Below, piece after piece: positions 45,930 through 57,472 of a stretch of DNA of 64,000 bases. Source of the stretch: the human T2T-CHM13v2.0 reference genome, Homo sapiens; NCBI RefSeq assembly GCF_009914755.1, contig NC_060928.1. One strand, written 5' to 3'. Numbering within the stretch: the first letter of the stretch is position 1; every line of letters starts with the position of its first letter. The notes under the pieces are model-generated. The model saw only the letters and a list, made by a program, of their open reading frames with translations. It did no database searches and was not told the DNA's origin. Made by a program: the position numbers and the translations under genes.

Positions 45930-46309
45930 TGTATTAGTCTGTTCTCACACTGCTATAAAGACATACCTGAGACTGGGTAATTTATGGAGAAAAGAGGTTT
46001 AATTGACTCACAGTTTTGCAGGATGTACAGAAGGCATGGCTGGGGAGGCCTCATGAAACTTACAATCATGGTGGAAGGCAAAGGAGAAGCAGGCACATCT
46101 TCACATGGCGGCAGGAGAGAGAGAGCGAAGGGGAAAATGCTACACACTTTTAAACAACCAGATCTTATGAGAACTCACTCACTATCATGAGAACAGCAAG
46201 GGAGAAATCTGCCCTCATGATTCAGTCATCTCCCACCAGGCCCCGCCTCCAACACTCGGGATCACAATTCAACATGAGATTTGAATGGGGACAGAGCTAA
46301 ATCATATCA
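45930..46309 (-). mobile_element. MSTA MaLR solo LTR
   Basis: tgtattagtctgttctcacactgctataaagacatacctgagactggg...aaatcatatca; 5-bp flanks ctctc/ctccc. Confidence 0.92.
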
Positions 46310-46584
46310 CTCCCCTACTACAAAACCCCATTATAGTAGTCCCCCTGAATAAAGTCTACCTTATAATCCTTTAAAAAAAGAGAGAGAGAATTTCATCACA
46401 TTGAGAAGGAAGCAAATCCAAGTTTTAGGCCTGCATTAGAAGCCTAACCACATATACCACATATGCCACATATGCCAAACCTATGTACCTAAATGTCCAG
46501 GACCTGGTATTCCCTGAAAGGGGCTGGTCCCCATGTTCTCTGCCTCTGACCCCTGGGCCTCTCACCATCTGTTCAGGGATCTGA

Positions 46585-46918
46585 ACAAACACACATGCTT
46601 TACAAACAATTTGTGCAGTTAACACAATCATCACAGGGTTCTGAGGCAACATACATCCTGAGCTTACAAAGATGACAGGATTAAGAGATTAAAGTAAAGA
46701 CAAGCATAGGAAATTATAAGAGTATTGATTGGGGAAGTGATAAATGTCCATGAAATCTTCACAATTTATGTTCAGAGACTGCAGTAAAGACAGGCATAAG
46801 AAATTATAAAAGTATTAATTTGGAGAACTAACAAATGTCCATGAAATCTTCACAATTTATGTTCTTCTACATGGCTTCAGCAGGTCCCTCTGTTCGGGGT
46901 CCCTGACTTCCCACAACA
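46585..46918 (-). mobile_element. MER11 (HERV-K-related) LTR, 5' part only
   Basis: Reverse complement starts tgttgtgggaagtcagggaccccgaac; contains the internal ~90-bp tandem repeat (aaatgtccatgaaatcttcacaatttatgttc twice). Confidence 0.9.
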
Positions 46919-47411
46919 AATATCTTCTTTCCTCCATGCTTCCCCCAGAAAAAGAGAAAACCGTTTCTTCTTTCCTCTTGTCACTGGACAAGCTGCCATG
47001 CTCACCTTACCTCATGCCTCCTGGAAGTAAAGTCTCAGTCCTCAGCCTTGTCATAGCATGGCCCTGGGGAGCACAGCCTATCTGACATGTGGCCAGCTCC
47101 TCTGTCATAATGGAAATGTGCTGGGATTATGGGCCCCAGCAAAACTCTGACAGCCACAGAGGACTTGTGCATGCCAGTGTATGTCTAGTCATTTTTCTTA
47201 GCAGTTTCTTCTCAGAAATATTCAGATATTCCAAAGCTAAGAAAAGGATCACAAAATTCTCCTTAAATTAGTAAAATTATGGGATTCAGGCCATTGTTGT
47301 ATACATGTTTGAAATCAGAAGTTGAAATAAACATTATTTAACCAAAGTAGCCCAAAATGCTTGTCAACTCACTCATCTTTACTGAGCAGTGTGCTCAGGG
47401 GTATAGAGGAG

Positions 47412-47413
<2 letters not shown>

Positions 47414-47451
<38 letters not shown>
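47414..47451. repeat. (GT)19 microsatellite
   Basis: Perfect GT run seen directly. Confidence 0.97.
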
Positions 47452-47454
<3 letters not shown>

Positions 47455-49103
47455 AAATATATGGTACCAAAGAAAAGAAAACATGTTTTAAAGAAATAAT
47501 GAAGGCTGTTTCCCAAAGTGTGTTCACAGGAACCCTAGTCTCACTGGTTGTTGAGAAAGTCAAGTTTCCAAGGCCAAACAAGGCATCTGAGGCTGAAATT
47601 CCAAACAAGTTTAGGAAGCCCTGCATATCCTCTGCTCTTTTGGAGAGCAAATGCAATAACAGCATATTAAAGACTCTGAAAGGTCCCATAGTAAACAAAC
47701 AGATTTAATTTTATTTTGCCTGGATTCTCAAAAATGTACTGGTACCAACCCATAGGGCACATTCTGATAAATCCTGGAGTAAGACATTTATGATGCTTAA
47801 AAGGGACTATCATAGCACATTTCTGTTCTTCACTCGGAAGCATATCCTAGAAATCCAATGCAGAGGAATTGGATGCTTTTATTATTGTGGGTTTAGAAAT
47901 GAAAATGTAGGAATTGCATCCTTATGACAAATGGAAAATGAATCAGATTTGCTTGACTTCCCTAGTGATTTTTAATTTTTAGAATCTTCTATATAAACTA
48001 GTAATTATGATGATGCAGCCATCAAATGGTATGTAATCATACCCTTGAAATAATGGATAATGAGCACTTTTTTAAATGAAAAAAAAAAACCTGAAGTAAT
48101 TATTGGATGATGAAAATAAATTAATTCAATTCAGTACTTAAAAAATGAAAATTACTATGATCCCTGAAGCAGTATAGATGCATATGTAAGTTCTTTCATA
48201 AGGAAAATGACAACAGAAAAATGCTGAAATATTAAGAAAATGTGGCAAACACTGCCTTTTTTCCTATAAATTCAATCTTACAGCTTAAGATGGCAAATTT
48301 CTAGAGAGGCTGGTAAGCAGATGTTTCATAGCTAGTAAAAGATGGGATCAGGATTTGAGGCAAGTCCTCTTGTCTCTGGGGCCCACATATTTAACCCTTA
48401 ACTAGAGCTGCAGTGAGGAAAAATAAATTGATAGTAACATTTCTTCCCTCCTGTCCCCTTCTTCCCACTGCCCAACCACCCAGCAAAAGTAAATTTTGTG
48501 TTGTAAAAGTCTAAAATGCCATCTTAAATACTACAGTGTTGGAGAACACTTTGCTAAATTATACTTCTATATGGCAGTTGTTCCGGAATATTTCCCATTA
48601 GCATTGCAGACGTGCTCTGTTTCACTACATAGTTAAAATTGCTTCTATCTTTTAGGCCCCATCTGTGTACCACAAAAACATTCACATCAGCAGTTGTTAT
48701 TTATCAAGAAAATAGCTGCTACTGATGACCATGTACTTAATCCAGTTGATTCTGTGGAGATAAACTGCTAATACTGCCCCAGCATCATAAACTGACCATA
48801 AAATAGTTTATCTAGTGGTTGCTAATAGACATATGCTCAGGTTTTCATAATGGTCATGCAACATAGGATTGTAAAGCTTTGAGAACTTGCTTTTTTGACA
48901 TGAGAGATCTTATATTTGAGATTATCAATTGGGGAATCAAATAAGAGTATAACTCCTTACCTAGTTTATAAAATTTTATTTCCTACTAATGTCACTTAAG
49001 TTTGCCTTCCTGAATGTAGGATGGGCTAAAATGTAATTTCTGAGTCTTTTCAGGAAGTCAATGCTAGAAAATTGATCAAGTACCACAGTCAATAATAAAA
49101 TAA

Positions 49104-49430
<327 letters not shown>

Positions 49431-51067
49431 AATTTATTTAAGATTTAAAGATATTTCTGGTGGAAAGTGTATTACTGATTTTGGAAATGAGGAAGGGGAA
49501 ATTAGTTTTCATAAATGAGATGTCACCATACACTAATAAGACTTTGGAGCAGACTTTTAATGATAGCATCTATGTTCTGAGTCCTCCTTTGAAGGGAAAT
49601 TGGTGTTTGTAGGACTTAGGACCTCTTTTTTTCTTACGGTAAGAAGAATTGGTTGTTGGGTGGAGAATCCAGTTAGGTTTTACTGTTCTTTCACCGTCCT
49701 GATAATAACTAAGGCATTGCTGAAACAGCGTTCCCATGTCATTATAAGTGCACTGTCTGACACTTGGACTTTGTTCCATTTTCCAGGGTGATGCGTGTGT
49801 ACTTGTGTCAAGTTATTGCCCATATTAAGTGTGGCAAAGAATGATAGGGTACCTTTTTGATAAACAGTCTTCAAGTAGGCTAGCTCTATAAATGGGCCAC
49901 CTGAAGGAGGCCATTCTCTGCTGCCAAAACCCTCCCAGTTCTCAGAACTAAGGCTTCCAAATGATGGCACCCTCTCCCAGCCTTTTTCTCATCCTTGTGT
50001 GTATTCAGCTCCTTCCAGAGCCTGTTCACTTGCTGTTTCCCCCAACAATGTGACCAGTGCAGCAAATAATTTATATAGTAGATGTCACCATTCACAACAG
50101 TGAGGTGACACAGAGGACCTCATCAACCCTCTTAGCTGACGTGCAGAGATTACCTGTTGGTTAAATAGATGAGTAACCTGTTTAGAAAACTATAATTTAA
50201 TATCTTTATTTAGAGTTAACTCAAATTAAACTTCAACTGAACATTATTAAATTCCCCTGACTTTATGGCAGTGATGAACTTTTTTTCTAATCAATAAATT
50301 CTAACATAATCTACAATTCTCTGCTTATCTCGAAAGCTAAATCTGTGGACCCAGGCTGGGATAATGATGTCATAATTGATATTCTTATAATGTTGCTATT
50401 GTATTTTGGAATGTTTCTGATTAGAAATTTTGGGGTTATAGTCAAGGAGCAGTGTTGGGTAAAAAAAAGCAACTGTAAAAAAAATTATTTTTAAAAAGAT
50501 AGAAATTTGGGGGTTTGATATTTAGTGGGGAAAAGGCAACTGATATAAAAGGAAAAAATAATTTTACCTTGGAAATAAGTGGAATATAATATAAATAGCC
50601 ATTTGACCACTTACTGTGATGCTGCCAAACTAGAAATCAGGCATTGTTTACATATTTTCAGCCTTGGACAGTCGTAGAGAAAGTTTTCAATTAATACAGC
50701 AGTCATTGCCAAAGATCAGTTATAGAATAGTGCAATAATGATACCTGTGGTGCCTTACAGAATGTTTTTACATTTAAATTTTAAAAAATCAACCTTTGTA
50801 AGGACATTCTTTTAACACATGCCTAGTGCTCTTGGATGATCTTCAGAAACTACTGATTATAGTTCTTAAATATTATTCATTGGAGATTTTATTGATAAGA
50901 ACCTAAAGTAGGTGTCATGAAAATCACTGGCCTATATTCACTTCTGAATAAATAACCAATGAAAAGATACAAACATTCTGAAATCAAACCCTCTATTTTT
51001 TGTAAACCATTTTTAAATGATATCTCAATTGTATTACATGATGTGTTAGGCCATTCTTGCATTGTTA

Positions 51068-51429
<362 letters not shown>

Positions 51430-51576
51430 CTACAGACTGTACAGGAAGCATGGCGCCAGCATCTGTTTGCCTTCTGGGGAGGCTTCAGAGAGCTCTACAG
51501 GGCTGAAAGGCAAAGTAGGAGCAGGCATGACACATGGCAAAAGCAGGAGCAAGGTCGGGGGAGGTGCCACACTTTT

Positions 51577-51752
51577 TTTTTTTTTTTTTTTGAGACAGAG
51601 TCTCCCTCTGTCACCCAGGCTGGAGTACAGTGGCATTATCTCTGCTCACTACAGCCTTCGCCTCCCAGGTTTGAGTGATTCTCCTGCCTCAGCCTCCTGA
51701 GTAGCTGGGACTACAGGCACACGCCACCACACCTGGCTAATTTTGTAAGTTC
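51577..51752 (-). mobile_element. 5'-truncated Alu (right arm only)
   Basis: T tail plus right arm; TSD ccacactttt at 51567-51576 and 51753-51762. Confidence 0.92.
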
Positions 51753-52221
51753 CACACTTTTAAGCAACCAGATCTCACAATAACTCATTCAATATCACGA
51801 GGACAGCACCAGGCCATGAGGGATCCACCCCCATGATCCAGTCACCTCCCACCAAGCCCCACTTCCAACATTGGGGATTACAATTCAACATGAGATGTAG
51901 AGGGAACAACATCCAAACTATATCACACACTTTCCTGTCTTTCAAATAATACACAGTAAAAATAATTTAACTCTTTTTTGTACCTAGCACAATGCGTATG
52001 TATAGCAGGCATCTGATATGTTTTAAATATCCTTTCCTTTAAATGTGATCTGACACAACGTCGTTTCAGGGGACCACTGATGTTGGAGGCTCTGTTTGCA
52101 CCTGTACTAATGTTCCCAGATGATTGTCTTTTTGTAATTGGTTATTATTCTGTCTGCGTCCTCAGCACCTTATGCCGCTGCTTAGGATGAAATAGTTTGA
52201 ACCACTTCTTCTCTTCAAATT

Positions 52222-52362
52222 TTCTTTTTCTTTTTTTTTTTATTTTTTAGAGATGGGGTCTCATATTGCCCAGGGTGGTTTTGAACTCCTGGGCTCAAAT
52301 GATCCTCCCACCTCAGCCTCCCGAGTAACTGAGATTACAGGCGTGAGCCACCACATCTGGCA
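52222..52362 (-). mobile_element. FLAM-like Alu monomer
   Basis: T tail then agagatggggtctcatattgccc...; flanked by cttcaaattttct on both sides. Confidence 0.88.
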
Positions 52363-52806
52363 GCACTTCAAATTTTCTGTGACATCTCAGTAAGGCCAGA
52401 ATTGAAGATCACAGAGGAAATGAGACGTCTGGCTTGTTTCCTCACTGACCTCATTTGTGTGCCTGGATTCCTCTATGGATCTGGCCAGCAGAGCTCTGGG
52501 GCCTCTGATAGTCAGCTGGGTGGAAGGTGGGGGAGTTGTATCTGTGCGTTTTGTGCAGGTGTTTTTCACTTCTTGTTGCGAGCCTCTATCTTTACTTCTC
52601 TCTCAAAACTTCTTACTCCCTGTTCAAAGATATGTTTCCTGTGATGTAGGCATGCTATTTTATCTCTTCGTGTCTCAGGTTCCTCATCTGTAAAATGGGC
52701 ATGTTAATAGTGTCAATGTAATAGGATTGTTGTGAGGATTGACTGAGTTAATATTTATAAAGTTCTTAGAGCCGTGGTACATAGTAAGGGTTAAAACATG
52801 TTTTTA

Positions 52807-53130
<324 letters not shown>

Positions 53131-53729
53131 GTTTTTAAAAATAGTTGTCAGACCACTAGAAAGGTGGCTCTTTAAGCTTCTTAAAGAAAAACGAAACATC
53201 CAGGAAGATGCTGCTTCTGGTAGAGGGTGACTTACACTTTCTTTTCCAAGGAAAGAGTGGAATAACATGAAGGAATTTGTATCCAAAGGCGGAGGACTGA
53301 AAGGTATTACCTAAAATACCTCCAACAAATGTTGGCAGCAAGCCTAGTTCCTGACTAATGAAGTAATATATGGGAAGATGTTCATAGCAACTCCTTTGGG
53401 GCTCTTCATAGTAGATTTTAAAAAGAGACAAGGGAAATAAACTGGAAATATATGGGGATAGAGGGAATTAGGGGGCAAAGCTTATGTCAGGAGTTGGCAG
53501 TTATCTTCTGTATCTAATAAAGGCCAAAACAGAATGACCCTCAAACTGGAGATATGTATAGATAGAGATAAAAATATTAAAAAAAAAACAAAACTATCTG
53601 ACTTAAGTGTTTTTCTCAGCCTCTTCAGTGGAGAAGGGCATTTGGCTATCTGCTTTGTTAAAGAAAGCAGGCACTGCCTTATTGCATGTGCAAAGAGGTG
53701 CTGTGCTGGCCACCATGAAGCTTGAAATC

Positions 53730-54051
53730 TTTTCTTTTTCTTTTTTATTTTATTTATTTATTTATTTTTTGAGACAGGGTCTCACTCTGTTGCTCAGACT
53801 GGAGTGCGGTGGTGTGATCACAGCTCACTCAGCCTCAACTTCCCAGGCTCAATCAATCCTCCAGCCTCAGCTTCCTAAGTAGCCAAGACTAAAGGCGTGC
53901 ACCACCAACCCGACTAATTTTCTTATATTTTATAGAGATGGGATCTCACTGTGTTGCCCAGGCTGGTCTCAAACTCCTGGGCTCAAATGCTCCTCCCACC
54001 TCAGCCTCCCAAAGTGTTGGGATTACAGGCATGAGCCACCATGCCCTGGCC
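53730..54051 (-). mobile_element. AluJ
   Basis: gagacagggtctcactctgttg...gatcacagctcact...gggctcaaatgctcctcccacc. Confidence 0.93.
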
Positions 54052-54327
54052 ACTTGGAACCTCTTCTTGTTCTCCCCAGATGTTTCTTGGGAGCCTGGGG
54101 GACAGACGATTCACCATGCCTTTGGCTCGTGCTCTGCCTCCCTGTGCATGGATCGCGCTGGGGCTGGCGCCGACATTCCTGGCACAGGGCTTGGTCGCTC
54201 ATTCAGGCTGATGGCCGCCCTTTGCCCTGTCTCCTTTGGCCGGAGGCAGCTGGGTTATAATTTGCTCCTTAGGCTTGGAAGTGCAGCCCTGCCACACTGC
54301 AGCATGTGTTTGTTTTACAATCCACAG

Positions 54328-54499
54328 ACAAGAAGAAGGGAGGCAAATTCCAGCCTTTTAAAAAGTTGTTTGGCAAAAGGAAAAAGAAAGACCCTTCGTT
54401 GTTCCGGGTGCCGTCGTTGGGGAAGAAGAGTTACTCTCACCAGAGTGTCAGCAATGGGACCTTCTCTTCGGATGAGGAGACCCTGGAAGACAATCTAAG
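54328..54499 (+). CDS. CRACD: Internal exon (172 nt, upstream intron phase 1, downstream intron phase 2) encoding the basic N-terminal block of a CRACD/KIAA1211-family protein; may be 5'UTR in some isoforms
   Basis: Acceptor tgtttgttttacaatccacag|AC (AG at 54326-54327) and donor AAG|gtaata (GT at 54500). Open frame (D)KKKGGKFQPFKKLFGKRKKKDPSLFRVPSLGKKSYSHQSVSNGTFSSDEETLEDNL(R) spans the exon exactly (2+168+2 nt). Non-repetitive with several retained CpGs. The KKKxxKFxxFKKxFGKxKxK motif is recalled from the CRACD/CRACDL/KIAA1210 family; the paralog call is from memory, not from a search. Confidence 0.8.
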
Positions 54500-54616
54500 G
54501 TAATAACTTGCACTTTCCTTTCAGATCTTTGGTGGAGTCCCAGGGTGGGGAATGGGATCCCAAAGGAAGTAGGTGCTGTTTTTGGTTCCAGGAGACAAGA
54601 ACAGAATCCCAAACGG

Positions 54617-54921
54617 GGCAGGGTGTTGGGATCACTCCTGTAATCCCAACGCTTTGGGAGGCCGAGGCGGGCAGATCACTTGAGGTCAGGAGTTCAAGAC
54701 CAGCCTAGGCGACATGGGGAAACCCTGTTTCTACTAAAAAAGTACAAAAAAATTAGCCAGGTATGGTGGTGTACACCTGTAATCCCAGGTACTGAGGAGG
54801 ATGAGGCACAAGAATCACTTGCTTGAACCCAGGAGGTGGAGGTTGCAGTGAGCTGAGATCATGCCACTGCACTCCAGCCTGGGTGACAGAGTGAGACTCT
54901 GCCTCAAAAAAAAAAAAAAAA
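54617..54921 (+). mobile_element. Alu (S/J-type)
   Basis: Dimeric Alu with A tail; degenerate TSD agaatcccaaacgg / aggatcacaaatgg. Confidence 0.93.
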
Positions 54922-55284
54922 AGGATCACAAATGGGTTCCATCTCTGGGAACGTGTAAGACTTGGTGTATTCTGCATGGAGAAGTCACCTTGGGGAGTTA
55001 TCAAATGAGTCTGACCTCATTTTCTGGGAGTGCACAGGAATTGGGCATTCATTTCGCTGCTCTTGTTTGTGGAAGGAGGCAACATTTCACTGGCTTGGCT
55101 CACCAGGGTTCCTCAGATTGAAGAAGACTGTGTTTCCTTATGCCATTGCTTTACAAATAGAAAGGTTGTCATAGGCTAGACTTTACACCCTTGTTGAGGA
55201 TGCAGGTTGCTCAGGCACAGGTGGTCACCCTTCATACCCCTGGCCATCTCTAGCAACTTCTGGAGCCTGTTTATGATGGAGCTT

Positions 55285-55458
55285 TTGCCTGCCTGCCTGC
55301 CTGCCTTCCTTCCTTTCTTCCTTCCTTCCTTCCTTCCTTCCTCCCTCCCTACGTCCCTCCCTCCCTCCCTCGTTTCTTCCTTCCCTCCCTCCTTTCTTCC
55401 CTCTCTCTCCCCCACTTCTCCCTTTCTTCCCTTCCTTCCTTCCTTCTTTCTTTCCCCG
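55285..55458. repeat. (CCTG)n(CCTT)n(CCCT)n polypyrimidine tract
   Basis: Seen directly. Confidence 0.95.
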
Positions 55459-56790
55459 CCTCTTAGAACACAGGCACTAAATCTGGGTGTGACAGTGTCA
55501 GGAACTCAGAAAAGTAGGGTCAGGAAGTACTTTCTTACCTGAGTGCTTGGAATTGAAGTCAGTATCAGAGCTGGTTAAACTCTGATACTGACAGCTTAGA
55601 AACCAGCTCCTCTGAGAAACCTTTTCCGACAACCCCATCTGATTTGTTTGCCCTTGCCTGTGTTCTTGTAGCATTGTGTGCCTGGTTTCAGCAGAGAACT
55701 TGTCACTTTCTATGGAAATTATTGATTTGCTTCTGTCTTCTTCACTTGACTGTCAGTTTCATGAAGTCAGGGACTAGGTTTCATTCAGCCTTGTATTACG
55801 TGCTCAAAAAAATGTTTTCCATGAATGCCTGACACTGCATAAGCTAAGCGGAAGGAATAGATGGTATCATATGTGATATTCTCACCGTGCTTCAAGGACA
55901 GAGACAAAAATATCCTCTGTGGTGTGTGTCAGTAAGTAAATTCTAATGAACACTGCTGTTGTGTCTAAATTACAAAACCCTCAGACCAGTGGTACACATT
56001 AATTTTACAGCAAATATTCAGCAACAGCATTTGTTAGTCCTGATACTGACTCTTTTCCTTGACAGCCCTGTGTTTATTTTCTATTGTCTTTACTCTGTAG
56101 GGTAAGAAAATGATTTAATTTGACGCAGGGAAAGATGTAACTGAAAGGAGAGCACAGCTAGTGCTAACTCACTCAGCTGTTGGAATGTTGTCCCAGTGGA
56201 TAGTCAAGGAGTGTGCAGTTTGAATCCATTTTGATTTTACTTCAGGTTTTCAATTGTAAAATAAGAGCGTGAACTTTTTGGCCTCACGGTATCAGGATGA
56301 GGAACAGATAGTAAAATGAGAGTAAGTGGCAGTTTAATACAAAATGAGGTCAAGTCTGGAAAGTTCTCCCTTAGAGGGACAGTTCTATGGAAACACAACC
56401 CATCCTTTTTGTAGTATAGTAGGTATAGCATAGTTTTGCCAAGTCTGATTTCATATTGAGCCATGTTGGAACTCTTACAGGAATGTGGACCCTGGAGGTT
56501 CTCTTCCCATTTAAGTCTTATATTCTGTTAACTTCTTGGGGTTTTCCTTAAGGTTTCAGGTTTTACAAAGCCTTGGGAAATTCCACTTTGGATCAAATAG
56601 CTGCATTTCTAATAATGTCACCTGTCCTCGTTATTGACTCTTGTCCACAAACCTGCATTTATGAGACGTGTACTATATTTTAATTAAACACTTCTTTTTA
56701 TAATAAACTCATCTCTTAAGTAAGGATATAAAAGGATAAGCTTTGGACTATTAATTTTTAAAATGTCACTTTAAATATTTAAAAAATTAG

Positions 56791-57299
56791 TGGGTATATG
56801 CCCAGAGGAGTATAAAGCATTTTACCATAAAGCCACACGCATGCAAATGTTCATTGCAGCACTGTTCACAATAGCAAAGACATAGAGTCAACCTAAATAC
56901 CCATCAGTGACAGACTGGATAAAGAAATGTAGTGCATATGCACCATGGAATACTTTGCAGCCACAAAAAAGAACAAGATCATGTGTTTTGCAGGAACATG
57001 GATGGAGCTGGAGGCTATTATTCTTAGCAAACTAATGCAGGAACAGAAAACCAAATACTGCATGTTCTCACTTATAAGTGGGAGCTAAATGATGAGAACT
57101 CATGACACAAAGACGGGAACAACAGACACTGGAATCTACTTGAGTGTGGAGGGTGAGTGGGGGGAAAGGAGCAGAAAAGATAATTTACTGGGCTTAATAC
57201 CTGGGTGATGAAATAATCTGTACAGCAAACCCCTGTGACTTGAGTTTACCTACGTAACAAACCTTCACGTGTACCCCTGAACGTAAAATAAAAGTTAAA
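56791..57299 (+). mobile_element. Older L1PA (about PA13-16) 3' end
   Basis: 3'UTR cctgggtgatgaaataatctgtacagcaaacccc; TSD aaaaaattag at 56781-56790 and 57300-57309. Confidence 0.88.
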
Positions 57300-57321
57300 A
57301 AAAAATTAGGATAGAAACACA

Positions 57322-57472
57322 GCAAGGTGTGGCAGCAAGTGCCTTTAATCCCTGCTGCTCGGGAGGCTGAGGCGGGAAGATCATTTGAGCCAGGAGTTCA
57401 AGGCTATAGTGCGCTATGATCATGTCTATGAATAGCTACTGCACTCTAGCCTGGACAACACAGAAAAAAAAA
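57322..57472 (+). mobile_element. FAM (fossil Alu monomer)
   Basis: FAM-type segment gtgcgctatgatcatgtctatgaatagctactgcactc; flanks tagaa(a/g)cacag. Confidence 0.8.

Noticed and set aside
46690-46865. ~90-bp tandem duplication
   Set aside because: It is an intrinsic feature of MER11 LTRs rather than a locus-specific event.
53938-54498. 186-aa ORF overlapping the exon
   Set aside because: It starts inside an antisense AluJ, crosses the splice acceptor and uses a different frame from the family-like peptide.
57322-57472. 7SL-like sequence as a possible RNA gene
   Set aside because: Diverged FAM retrocopy with A tail and TSD; lacks most of the 7SL S domain.
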